This document shows positions 22,034 through 32,914 of a stretch of 64,000 bases of DNA, one piece after another (the stretch's first letter is position 1; each line of letters begins with the position of its first letter). Position numbers and translations under genes: made by a program. This stretch comes from an uncultured Nitrososphaerales archaeon (GTDB taxonomy: Archaea > Thermoproteota > Nitrososphaeria > Nitrososphaerales > Nitrososphaeraceae), in contig CAVQMO010000003.1 in the NCBI GenBank assembly GCA_963713605.1, forward strand, positions 224,001 to 288,000, given 5' to 3'. The notes beneath the pieces were generated by a model. That model did no database searches, was not told the origin of the DNA, and saw nothing but the letters and a program-made list of their open reading frames with translations.

Positions 22034-22444
22034 CTAGATTCTTAGGCGAGTGAACTTACCCATGACCATGCCTGATCCAGGAGTCACGAGATTCATAAAC
22101 TGTTTCATAAGTGGTCCTTCGGCACTCATGTCTTCGTCCTTCATAGCCTCTGTTATGACCTCATTCATTTGTTTCAGATCTCTGTGCGACTGTAGCTCTA
22201 TCCATATTTCCTCATCTTGATTAGCAGACATAGTTGTGGCTATGTTGATACACCCATCATAGGCCTCGGTATTGGTTAGCTGGAAAATCTCCATGCGCAG
22301 AACCCCATACTTGATAAGGAGGTCATTAAATTGCTTCTGAAGGTTCACCATTGCATCATGATTCTTCTTCGGGATTCTCCAGATGAAAAGCTGGACTTGA
22401 GTCCCAATTTCTTTCTCCACTTCCATCACATTCGATTTGTTCAT
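22034..22444 (-). CDS. DUF1428-like protein
   Basis: WRIPKKNHDAM...YG...DEEIW pattern. Confidence 0.6.
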   Translation of the reverse strand: MNKSNVMEVEKEIGTQVQLFIWRIPKKNHDAMVNLQKQFNDLLIKYGVLRMEIFQLTNTEAYDGCINIATTMSANQDEEIWIELQSHRDLKQMNEVITEAMKDEDMSAEGPLMKQFMNLVTPGSGMVMGKFTRLRI

Positions 22445-22823
22445 AGAAAAAGTATACTAAGTATACTTTATAAGTATGCAAGGGATCAAAAGTATAGTTG
22501 GTACACTTCTTGAAAGGACCGAAAGAGGAAGGAAGTACCTGCATCTTGTACGGCAAGGGGGGATGATTCTAGCCTGAAAAACCCCCTGCCACTTAGTCAA
22601 TACACGTATCCCTATCTTGCTACAACTACAGGTCATGGCTAATGCATGGCTGCATGACTTTAACTTTTTCTAACACTGTATTTGAAAATTGTGATAGTAT
22701 ATTGGTTCTCCTTATTGACTACAATTCTTTATCCAAAAAGGCTGTTAGATACTTATTAGAGGTTACTCCCCCTTACCCCAAAGACATGTCTTATTTTTAC
22801 CATGGCAAGATAAAAATCAGTTC

Positions 22824-23132
22824 TTGCCTGAGAAAATGGAGTCACCCAACTCAACCAAAACATCCACAGACGACGACAAAATATTAGAAAATGAAATTGA
22901 ATCTTGGCATAGTTTTGGAAACATACTTCGGAATGAAAATCGAATTATTTTCTATCAAATGCTAGAGGATATCAAGACCTATTCAGAAACTGCTAAAGCT
23001 AAGGGGAAGAACTTTTCATTTGAATCGATGTGTATGGGATTAATATTGCAACAGCAAAAGATGATAAATGAGCAACTTTGCAAGCTCTCGGCGAAGAAAG
23101 GCATTAATTTAGGTTACCCTTATGAGACTTAG
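22824..23132 (+). CDS. Small helical protein, paralogue of 4494..4793
   Basis: EIESWHSFGNILR.E.R.IF...FSFESMCMGLILQQQKMI aligns with EIETWRGF...FPTESLIMSLLLSQHKII. Confidence 0.6.
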   Translation: MPEKMESPNSTKTSTDDDKILENEIESWHSFGNILRNENRIIFYQMLEDIKTYSETAKAKGKNFSFESMCMGLILQQQKMINEQLCKLSAKKGINLGYPYET

Positions 23133-23329
23133 ATCTGTTACTAAAATCTACTTGTCCCACATATCTGTAGGGTGGAATTCTATTTTAATCAAGATGTTCG
23201 ATCTAGGCAATTTGACTGATATCTCGCCCAAAATGCTTTGCATCTCTTGAGCAGAGTTTTCATTTATCAACTTGGCGTTATTTCGATAACAAGTACGATC
23301 AGTTTGGAAATGAAAAACCACAAGATTAT

Positions 23330-24536
23330 CTTAGCGATCTTGATGACCAGTACCATTTCAAGACGTTACTTGACACTGAAGAAATTTGGTATTATGATGA
23401 AAGTAAGGGGATATATTTACCAAACTGTGAGCACATCATTAAAGCTCCTTTACAATCCCAGTTTGGCAGAGATCTAACGATTAAAAAAACCAATGAAGAT
23501 ATTGCACAGATTCAACGTTCTACATATATTAGTCGAGATATATTTGATCCTGATATTTTATGGATAGCGACTAACAATTGTATGATTAACTTATTATCAG
23601 GTGAGACTAAGCCATTTAGTCACAAATTCATGTGTACAACTAAGATATCCGTCTTTTATGATCATGGATACCCAACTGGTGTATTTGCTGACTTTTTCCG
23701 ATTAGTTGAGGGACGGAAATCGAGAATTATGAAATTTTTATAGATATGAATCCAGAAGATGTAGATCTTTTTCTTGATTTTTTTTGCGTATTGTTTGTAC
23801 CGGGAATATAAGTATAATTATTGGATGTTGCTTGTTGGTAGGGGATTAAACGGCAAGTCTATTCTATTACGACTAGTAGAACGGTTTTTGGGAAAAGACA
23901 ATGTTTCCAGCGAAACTTTGCATAGACTTCTCAAAGAACGTTTTTCGGTTGGCAACTTATTTCAGAAACTGGCAAACGTGGATGCTGACGTTTCCTATGA
24001 TACTGTTTTCAATAACACTGGTGTCTTGAAAAAGCCGACCGGCAATGACTTACATATTGGAGAACACAAATACAAGAAACCATTCAAATTCCCAAACCAT
24101 GCCAAGTTATTCTGTTCTTGCAATAAAATACCGGAGACAGAAGACGACACTGACGCATTCTATCGGCGCATTTTACAAATTAATTTTACACAACAGTTCT
24201 ATGGTGAGAAAGATGACCCAAATCTTATCGATAAGTTAACCACACAAGAGGAATTGTCTATCTTGCTTCACGAACTTTTATCACGATTGCCAAGAATTTT
24301 AAAACAGGGATTTAGGAAAATCACAGATGAAACCATGGAGCAAACCTACAACAAGTTCACAATCATTTAGCAGAAGATTGACCCAAGATTACAAGTTAAG
24401 ATATAAATCGTACAAGATTAGCGATGAATATACTCGTTGTTGGATCGACGTCAAGTTGGTTGATTGGCAGCAGAAGAAAGAAGTCATAGAAGAGATCGGA
24501 GATTTTACGGAAGCTGAAAAGCAGGCGTTTAGATAA
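23330..24536 (+). pseudogene. Decayed P4/D5-family primase-helicase (SF3)
   Basis: Walker A GRGLNGKS, KLANVDAD, FCSCNKIP...DAFYRR; upstream D5_N-like fragments in shifting frames with stops. Confidence 0.8.
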
Positions 24537-24557
24537 GCAAATGAATATCTACTGGCC

Positions 24558-24685
24558 GGTTGCAAGAGTTACAACTTCTTAGCCATTTTATATTCTTGTT
24601 AGTACTTATAAAATTGAGCGTAAAATAAGAATGTAATCATTAACAACTCTTGCAACTCTTGCAACCAACTTATAGAGAGTTGTTA
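24558..24685. repeat. Origin-like inverted and tandem repeats after the D5 helicase
   Basis: GGTTGCAAGAGTT (24558-24570) inverted to AACTCTTGCAACC (24654-24666); tandem AACTCTTGC x2; TAACAACTCT/AGAGTTGTTA pair. Confidence 0.6.
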
Positions 24686-24787
24686 GCCGCCACTCATCTC
24701 TGAAGTGATAGTATTAATTGGACGAATCTCTTAGTCGAGCTTCAAAAAATAATCGAAGAGAAAATTGGGTCGTCTACTTCAAAACTT

Positions 24788-25012
24788 TTATCCATGATCA
24801 GTGGGATCATCGGCATCTTCTGGTGAGAAGCCAGATATGCTACCGCTATTATCATCAGTTCCGGTTGAATTACCGTTTGACTCAGTCATATTTGTTGTCA
24901 TGTTTTGAGCTTTCACGTCTTGCCCAATGATCGCACTAACTCCAACCATGAGACTGGTAGTGGCGACAATTACGATTGCAAGCACGATGAGCTTGTCTAT
25001 TCGAATTGACAT
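24788..25012 (-). CDS. Small secreted protein with NMT sequons
   Basis: Signal peptide ending VKA-Q; NMTTNMTESNGNST. Confidence 0.65.
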   Translation of the reverse strand: MSIRIDKLIVLAIVIVATTSLMVGVSAIIGQDVKAQNMTTNMTESNGNSTGTDDNSGSISGFSPEDADDPTDHG

Positions 25013-25343
25013 GTGACATTATTCTGACACAGTTCTATGTATGAATTCTCAATGTGACTAACTTCATATCTTTTTTCTTCCCAAAATTGTGTTTAATGAT
25101 ATAACAAATTTTATGGACCAACTTTACCAGTTAATTAAGAGGAAGCTAAGCGCGTGAAAAGAGAGCTAATTAGAATGCATGACACAGAATCAGAAAGTGC
25201 TCAATGTTTCATATACAAAATCAAGATTGACATCTTAGTTGGACGAAAATCTTACGATCTTAGAAAAATACAGGTATGGAACAAATCGATACTATCTATA
25301 GCTTGATCATTGAATTTCAAAAAATGAGAAGTTGGTAACTATT

Positions 25344-25704
25344 TCAACTCTTGGCGTATTCTTTCAAACCAGTGAAATCGATTCCAACTACAGGTTCATT
25401 CCCGACAACCCAAGCATTGTGTCCAGGTGGAATCACGGCAGCATCTCCAGGACCAAATTCTTCTTCTGCACCGTCATCCATAACTACTTTGATTCTACCA
25501 GAAACTATGTACTGAGTATGTGGTGCCTGGCAACTGTCTGTCTTGACTAGGGGTTTGACGCATTTCTCCCAGCTCCACCCTGGTTCCAATACTGCGCGAC
25601 CAATCGTTACATCACCTAGATTTGCAGAGCTCAATCCTGCCATTCTCAAATTTTCGTACTTCATCAGGCGAAGAATCAAGATTCTTCTTTTGCATTTTTG
25701 TCAT
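25344..25704 (-). CDS. Cupin-domain protein, 5' frameshift
   Basis: LEPGWSWEKCVKP...CQAPH...IPPGHNAWVVG. Confidence 0.85.
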
Positions 25705-25851
25705 TGGATTTGAATTAATAGAATGTAATTATAAGCATTGTTCCATAAATTAACCAAATTGTGAAATTATCCAAACCTGAATCATGTATCAAGTTAAAAT
25801 CAGCTCAGAATAGCTAAACCATGGTACTTCCAGAAATCACAAGTCGCTACT

Positions 25852-26740
25852 TTATAGTCGACCGATCAAATTCATGAGTCGTGCGTACTCGTCATCCGCA
25901 CCTGTAACAGGTACTAATGAGGTCATTAGCTCGTCTAGACCTGTCCCTAAAAGTTCGCTCAGTCGCGCAGCAACTGTTGCTTCATTTCCAGAGACTACCA
26001 AATTATCTAGAAGAGCATCGGGTACCGTCTGATCGGATGTTAGCTGAAACCCTGCATTAGAGAACATGTTGGCATAGAATGGGATCTTGCCGTAGAAATC
26101 AAGATATTTATGTCCTGCAGACAGGACAGAAATCCGATCTTCACTTAGTGCTACAGGTACATGTGCAATCAATGGAGGAGCTGGACGGCCAGCCAGCAAC
26201 CGCCGATGAGCGCAAAGCTGGAATTCCTATGTGAAGCAGATACGGAACAGGACATACCCAAGCTAGGGCTCCATCGGCCATTTGTCCACTAATTGAAAAG
26301 CCATCTTTCCCAATGTTGAAATGAATACTGGTATCTGTGCCGTACGCGGAAATTTGACTTCAACATTATAAAATTGTCCATGATAGCTTACTTTTCCGTT
26401 CCAGAGCACAGTACGTAAGACTTCGAAGTACCTCCGCAGATGGACTAGTGGTTTAGTATGCCGTAGCCCGTACATATTTTCTATAATGAATGGATGGCTT
26501 GGGCAAATTCCGAGTCTCAATCGACCAGGTGCAAGATCATGTATAGCTAGCGCCTGCTGGGCCATAACCAGCGGATGACGTGGATAGGTTGGCACAATCG
26601 ATGTTCCGAGGTATATTGTAGATGTTTTTGCAGCTGCTGCTGCAAATGTAGTTAATGCATCTGGCAGATTAGGTGGCTGCAACATCCATATCTGCCGTAC
26701 TCCAGCATCTTCTGCCGCAACAATAGTTTTGACTGCAGAT
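25852..26740 (-). pseudogene. LLM-class (luciferase-like, likely F420-dependent) oxidoreductase, 5'-truncated and frameshifted
   Basis: AAEDAGVRQIW, LGTSIVPTYPRHP, GRLRLGI; frame breaks near 26230-26280; N-terminus cut at about 26740. Confidence 0.8.
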
Positions 26741-27245
26741 TCAAAGCATACTGATCCGTTACATAGAATAACTCCTGCTAAATTTATTTCTTCTGAGAAC
26801 TACAACAGAGAAAAATATCTCGATATGCTGCTAGATTCTGCTGAAGTCTATCGGTGTTTGGATTTAACCGATCGTTATTTGGGTTTGATAGAAAAAAAGC
26901 CAAAAATTGGTACGACGAGATTTATCATCAGCGTGAGAGGGATATTGAATCCGCCAAATCAGAATTATAAAGAATTGATCATAGGGGTGATGGATCATTA
27001 GTTTATTCCCAGATGAAGATGTTCTCACCCGAGAAATCGAAACATGGCGCAGCTTCATTGATAAACTTCCATCAGATGAAGATAAAGCCATTTTGACTTT
27101 AGCTGCTGAACGAATGTTACAGTTATTCAATTGCGGTAAATAATCATTCACAAACACATCCATTCCCATCAGAGTCTTTAATTATGTCTTTGTTACTGAC
27201 ACAACATAAACTCATCAACCATTTAAAATCAATAATACAGTCCAA
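26736..27245 (+). pseudogene. Degenerate copy of the polB2 3' end plus the downstream small helical gene
   Basis: DSKHTDPLHRITPAKFISSENYNREKYLDMLLDSAE matches the PolB2 C-terminus; SLFPDEDVLTREIETW...DKLPSDEDKAILT matches 4494..4793; start codon lost and frameshifts present. Confidence 0.85.
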
Positions 27246-27405
27246 GCAGACAGATAATGAATTGAAGATGATTAAAGATATAACCATATCCATAGAGATG
27301 CGGAAAAATAAAATCTCTTAGACTTAGAGTTACCATATCAACTATTTTGAAGCAAAACTTATCTGGTTCTGTGTTCACTACATCGATGTTAGTGCTAATA
27401 ATCAA

Positions 27406-29295
27406 GTGATAAGTCATCGAATAATTCCAATAATCTTTTGCTTACTAGCATTTATTTCATATAATATACTAATAAACGATACTGAAGCGCAACTCGGCCA
27501 AAATATGTTAGAATCAATCGCAAATCAAACAAATGTGTTAACGAGTGCTCAGATTGAGGTCGGGGGGATGCCAATAGAGATTTACACATCTGTAGATGCC
27601 ACATACGTAGCGAACTTTCGTTCTAATACTGTGTCTGTGATCGATTCAGATACGAATACTGTGATAAAGAATATACATGTTAGAGATGGTCCGAGGTTTA
27701 TAGAGGCAATAGCAGGAGGAGGTGCGGTATATGTAGCAAACTTTCGTTCTAATACTGTGTCTGTGATCGATTCAGATACGAATACTGTGATAAAGAATAT
27801 AACTGTAGGAGATCGCCCGAGGTTTATTGAAGCATTAGCGGGAGGAGGTGCAGTATATGTAACAAATAGTGGTTCTGATAGCGTATCAGTAATTAATCCA
27901 GCTAATAATACTGTAATAAAGAATATAAAAGTAGGAGCTAGTCCAGGTTCTATTCATAGGTATGGAGATGCAGTATATGTAACAAATAGTGGTTCTGATA
28001 GTGTATCAGTAATTAATCTAGTTAACAATACTGTAATAAAGAATATAACTGTAGGAGCTTATCCAATTTCCATTACCACAACTATGAATGCTGTATACGT
28101 AGCAAACGGTGAATCCAATACTGTATCAGTAATCAATCCAGTTAATAACACTGTAATAAAGAATATAACTGTAGGAGCTAGTCCAGGTTCTATTTATGGA
28201 TTTGGAGATGCTGTATACGTAGCAAACGGTGAATCCAATACTGTATCAGTGATCAATCCAGTTAATAACACTGTAATAAAGAATATCAACGTAGGAGCCA
28301 ATCCAGGTTCTATTTATGGATTTGGAAATGCTGTATACGTAGCAAATAGTGATTCTAATACTGTATCAGTAATTAATCCAGTTAATAATACTGTAATAAA
28401 GAATATAAAAGTAGGAGCCAATCCAGGTTCTATTTATGGATTTGGAGATGCTGTATACGTAGCAAACGGTGATTCTAATAGCGTATCAGTAATTTATCCA
28501 GTTACTAATGAAGTTGTAGCTGGTGTAACATTTAATATTAATCCCTTTGAGGGGGGCCAGATAATTTGTAATGGTCTAGACGCACCGATAAATCGCTATT
28601 TATATGTTTCATCGGGGATAGAATGTATGGCAAAACCAAATAATGGTTATGAGTTCGCCAGTTGGGTTGAAACGTTTGATGGTAACTCGACTAGAACAAT
28701 TAATGCATCCACACCAGCCGATTCTCCATTGGCTGCACTTAGTGATGCATTTTCAAACGACCCAGCGGCCAGTCTTACTGTAAATAGATTTGGTAACTTC
28801 ACCGCGTACTTTAAATCACTTCCCCCACCGGTTCCGGCAGCATATTGGGCTTCTTTATTTACCGTTGTTGTTACTGCTCTGGTCGGCTCACTTATTATCC
28901 CTGCCGCTGTAGGATGGATAAAATCAAAGAAGCAGACTTCCAGATTAAATTCGTTTCATCAACAAATGGCTCTCGTTTATGGTGATGGTAAATTGGACGA
29001 GAATCATACTGATCAATTAAAGACATTAAACAAAAACATCTTAGATTCTTATGCCGCAGGTAAGATAAATAATGAGCAATACACACATCTAAAAAATGAA
29101 GTTTCTACAGCATATCAAGAAATCTTCAAGAAGAGAATTGAATCAATCACAGAACGAGATACAGACGCTCTTGGCAAGATAAAAAGAGATATAAAAGATG
29201 CTTATTCAACTGGAAAGATCATCGAATTACATTACAATCTTTTGAATGAGCAAATATCAGATCTGCTCGACAAAGGGACATCAAAATCAGAGTAA
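27406..29295 (+). CDS. Surface YVTN/YncE beta-propeller repeat protein with a C-terminal TM helix and cytoplasmic tail
   Basis: Eight YVAN/YVTN...VSVI repeats of about 40 aa (120-126 bp); signal peptide; TM segment LFTVVVTALVGSLII. Confidence 0.9.
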   Translation: MISHRIIPIIFCLLAFISYNILINDTEAQLGQNMLESIANQTNVLTSAQIEVGGMPIEIYTSVDATYVANFRSNTVSVIDSDTNTVIKNIHVRDGPRFIEAIAGGGAVYVANFRSNTVSVIDSDTNTVIKNITVGDRPRFIEALAGGGAVYVTNSGSDSVSVINPANNTVIKNIKVGASPGSIHRYGDAVYVTNSGSDSVSVINLVNNTVIKNITVGAYPISITTTMNAVYVANGESNTVSVINPVNNTVIKNITVGASPGSIYGFGDAVYVANGESNTVSVINPVNNTVIKNINVGANPGSIYGFGNAVYVANSDSNTVSVINPVNNTVIKNIKVGANPGSIYGFGDAVYVANGDSNSVSVIYPVTNEVVAGVTFNINPFEGGQIICNGLDAPINRYLYVSSGIECMAKPNNGYEFASWVETFDGNSTRTINASTPADSPLAALSDAFSNDPAASLTVNRFGNFTAYFKSLPPPVPAAYWASLFTVVVTALVGSLIIPAAVGWIKSKKQTSRLNSFHQQMALVYGDGKLDENHTDQLKTLNKNILDSYAAGKINNEQYTHLKNEVSTAYQEIFKKRIESITERDTDALGKIKRDIKDAYSTGKIIELHYNLLNEQISDLLDKGTSKSE

Positions 29296-30060
29296 CTCTG
29301 AGACTCCACACAGAGTTTCTGAAGCTTTTTCAATATTTTTTTACACCATATAGGCATATTAGATACCGAGTTGACCTAACGGCATATTAGATACCATTTG
29401 AAATGAGTGGGGCTGCAAAGATAGAATACCAGAACTGGGTAATTAGCCAACTAGAGGTTAATCCAAGATTCGACATTTACTACAGGTTCATCTATAAGAG
29501 AATTAAAGCGCATTTTGACAACCAAATTACTGACGTTGGCAGTCCAACTAGGGAAGCATAATGGACACTTTATCATCAGTCAAGACTGGTAATAATAACG
29601 AGTATCAAATGAGCGTAGAGCGGCCCAAGTAAGTGTCGATTTGGTAAAAGTGTTCAATACTCTTTTGTTAACATCAGCAATTTAGAATTGTCAGTTAAAA
29701 CAATGTGGACAGACTTAGAGTAACCAATTAGAGTAATAATGAACAACAACACGACTTCCCGTATTAAACCAATATTATGGCATTATAGGGCTAGTCGAAT
29801 TACTAATCAGGCTGGCAAGTTATTTCTCTTTCAATAAATTTATTCCTAGATTAATCTCCAACTAGATTGTTGATTATGACATCACGATCGTTCCAAATTT
29901 TCTTCTTAAATTTTGTATCTTCCAGCCGCTTCTTTGATGCAGCTTTAGTCATATCGAGATACTATCAATCTCGTGAATATAACAGCTTTCATAGTAATCA
30001 AATGTGCTAGTGTCATATTACCAATAGCTGTAGCCGTCGATCTCATCTATACCCTGACTG

Positions 30061-30345
30061 TTATGTTTTATACCACTCTTTATACTTACCAACGCCTGGA
30101 AAAGCACTAACATCATTGATTTGAAAAATCTCTCCCTCCGGCATTGGCATATTAATTTTCTTCATCACTGGCAGTAATCTATTGTTTATAAAATTGTTTA
30201 AATGCTCTTGTGATTCCCAGATATCGGCTACGCAAAAGTTGCCCGAGTCATCAAATGCGCCTGCATGAAATAATGCACCGTTTGGGTGCTGATGTTCCCA
30301 ATCTACTTCTTTTCTTAATTCTTCGTACATTTCTTTTGTTACGGC
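30061..30345 (-). pseudogene. Small hypothetical protein, apparently 5'-truncated
   Basis: VTKEMYEELRKEVDWE...FHAGAF...DIWES; upstream frame runs into the opposite-strand membrane gene fragment. Confidence 0.5.
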
Positions 30346-31287
30346 ATTAGTTTTTGGATCGTAACTTTGGCTCTTTTAGCCAGAGCATTTTTCTCTTGGT
30401 ATAGATTTTCTAATAAAAATGTCATGGTGTTAATACTTGCTCTATCTATGATTGCATATGTAGCCAAAGGAATTGCAGGTCTGGCCAATTATTTTGATAT
30501 GTTAACGCAACAGAAGCAAATAGTAACATCTACCGACGTAGCATATTTCCCGGAGTTTAGTATTGAATCAGTTGGAAGTCAGATTAACCTAGTATATCAA
30601 ATTGCTTCTACTATTGCATATATTCTCACATGGATTGCTACGGTCAAGATGCTATATCCGTATATCAAGAAATTGGGTAAGATCAAGTTCTGGATTATTA
30701 TGAGCGTGGCTATGGTTTATTATCTTATTAACTATCCACTCTTCGTCTTGGGTTACTTTAACCCATCAGAAGTAGATGCGATGACAAAAATTCTGATCTT
30801 TTCAATGGCCGGGATTTTGTCAGGAATCATATTTGGAGCAGCATTCTTGGCTGTGGCCAGAACGTTGCGAAAAGACAGTATTCTCAGAAATCATATGATA
30901 ATTGCGGCGTATGGTTTTCTTCTATTTTATATATCCGGATCTGCTTGGGCTGCACAGGCTGCATATCCACCATTTGCGATTGTTTCCGTCTCTCTTATTG
31001 GATTATCTTGCTATTTAATATATACTGGTCTTTACTCATCGGCTGTTACTGTTTCGCAAGATACTACATTGCGTCTGTCCATTAAAAAATCAATTACTGA
31101 ACAGGCAAATTTTTTGCATGGTATGGGGTCGGCTCATATGGAACAAGAACTACAATCAACAGTTATGAAGATCGCAAAGAAACATTCAGATGTGTTGACG
31201 GAGAAGACTGGAGTTGAATCTTCAATGACAGAAACTGACATCAAAGAGTACATGGCTATGGTGTTGAGTGAGATCCACAAGTCATGA
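30345..31287 (+). pseudogene. Polytopic membrane protein, probably N-terminally truncated
   Basis: About six TM segments and tail VSQDTTLRLSIKKS...MGSAHMEQE; begins mid-helix with no clear start. Confidence 0.6.
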
Positions 31288-31433
31288 CATAGATATCTTT
31301 GTCATTATAACTTACTACTATTCTCTACAAGTACGCTAGATCAAGACTAATCAAGAAAATGTCGAATAAACAACAGCTATTTATTGTCAGGCCTGGTATG
31401 GATGTTTGGCTATGCGCTAGTTCTAATAGAAAA

Positions 31434-31446
31434 GATATCAGATATA
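31434..31446. promoter_or_regulatory. Palindromic operator candidate GATATCAGATATA
   Basis: ATATC-A-GATAT, 58 bp before ATG 31504. Confidence 0.6.
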
Positions 31447-31503
31447 AGTGAGAGCCCGATATTGCTTAATGCAGATAAACGTAATTCTCGCTCTTGCTAC
31501 CAA

Positions 31504-31779
31504 ATGAATATCAAATATATCGCAATAGTCGCGGTAATAGCAGCAATACTAGTTGGAACAACAGCAATAACAACAGAGAACGCATTCGCAACCAAATATC
31601 ACAAAAATCAAGCAATCAGTCAAACCAATGCATGTGGCAATGGTGAATTACCATTGAATGTCGGATGTCAAAACATTGACTCGCAAATTCAGGGTGACGA
31701 AAACGTTGTATCATTAGCAGCAGACCAAGTATTTCCAGAAATAGAAGAAGAAGAAGAAGAAAAACCAGTACCGGGCTAA
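31504..31779 (+). CDS. Small secreted two-Cys peptide, family member B1 (start MNIKY)
   Basis: NACGNGELPLNVGCQNIDSQIQGDENVV; closest to 2113..2373. Confidence 0.85.
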   Translation: MNIKYIAIVAVIAAILVGTTAITTENAFATKYHKNQAISQTNACGNGELPLNVGCQNIDSQIQGDENVVSLAADQVFPEIEEEEEEKPVPG

Positions 31780-31871
31780 CCAACTTATCTTTTTTTATCC
31801 GGTACGCAGTAATAGCGCATTAATTAGTAGAGTATACAGGAGCAATTTCATCATCAACATCTAACTGAAAA

Positions 31872-31884
31872 AATATCAGATATA
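31872..31884. promoter_or_regulatory. Palindromic operator candidate AATATCAGATATA
   Basis: 57 bp before ATG 31941. Confidence 0.6.
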
Positions 31885-31940
31885 AGTCAGAGCCCGAACT
31901 TGCTCAATGCAGATAAGCACATCTGTCGTTAAACTTCCGA

Positions 31941-32180
31941 ATGAATACTAAATACATGTTCATTGTAGCAGCAATTGCAGTCACTCTCATTGGTGCAACA
32001 GCACTTGCAACAGAAGATGCATTTGCCACTAAGAAGAGAGAATACAATCAAGCAACAGCGCAAGCAAATGCTTGTGGAAATGGTGAACTGCCATTGAATG
32101 TCTTCTGTCAAAACATCGGTTCACAAGTTCAGGGCGATGAAAACGCAGTAGCAGCTACTGGCAGCCAAAGCGCAGATTAA
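31941..32180 (+). CDS. Small secreted two-Cys peptide, family member B2
   Basis: NACGNGELPLNVFCQNIGSQVQGDENAV. Confidence 0.85.
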   Translation: MNTKYMFIVAAIAVTLIGATALATEDAFATKKREYNQATAQANACGNGELPLNVFCQNIGSQVQGDENAVAATGSQSAD

Positions 32181-32405
32181 GAACAAATCAACTTCTCTTT
32201 CTTTTTTTTGTCTTTCATATTGTTAACATAATTGTAATAATATTGTATATATATTATAACTGAAAAATTAGCCGTCAGTCATACGCATACGATATATAAC
32301 ATGGCTACTGTTCTCCATGCCCGAAATGCATTTATTATTTGCTAGCGCTAAGATATTTCATTGTTTCAAATATATGACAATATTTTACGTATATTTAATG
32401 GAACA

Positions 32406-32418
32406 TAAATCTGATTTA
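32406..32418. promoter_or_regulatory. Palindromic operator candidate TAAATCTGATTTA
   Basis: Perfect 6-1-6 palindrome 62 bp before ATG 32480. Confidence 0.65.
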
Positions 32419-32479
32419 GTCTAGTGTTTAAAATTTCTAAAAATAGAAAAAGAAGATGTTAATTACAATTGGTAGCAAT

Positions 32480-32716
32480 ATGAACACTAGATACTTAGTA
32501 ATCATAGCAACGATAACGGTAATGTTAGTTGGCGCTACGGCACTTGCTACAACTGATAACGTATTCGCTGGAAAGAAGAAATACGAAAAGAGTCAAGCAG
32601 CATCTCAAGTCAATGAATGTGGTAATGGTGAGCTGCCATTGAATGTTTTCTGTCAAAATCTGTTATCACAAATCCAGGGTGACGGAAATGCTGCAAATAT
32701 AATCGGAGTACAATAA
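32480..32716 (+). CDS. Small secreted two-Cys peptide, family member B3 (start MNTRY)
   Basis: Mature sequence identical to 1732..1968. Confidence 0.85.
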   Translation: MNTRYLVIIATITVMLVGATALATTDNVFAGKKKYEKSQAASQVNECGNGELPLNVFCQNLLSQIQGDGNAANIIGVQ

Positions 32717-32914
32717 CAATCGCCTACATCTAAAGTACTTTTTTATTTTCAAAATAACAAGATTATATTAATCAAATACCCATAAGTAAGACACATATAA
32801 CAACTCTCGTAAACAATTCGAGATTACGTGCCATAACAAATATGCGATTTCTGTAATCTATTGTTTTTTCTTAACTGAGATAACTTCAAGTCGTAAACTA
32901 TTACTGTTAGAGTA

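Noticed and set aside
27590..28510. CRISPR array
   Set aside because: Repeats are in-frame 120-126 bp coding units with no unique spacers and no cas genes
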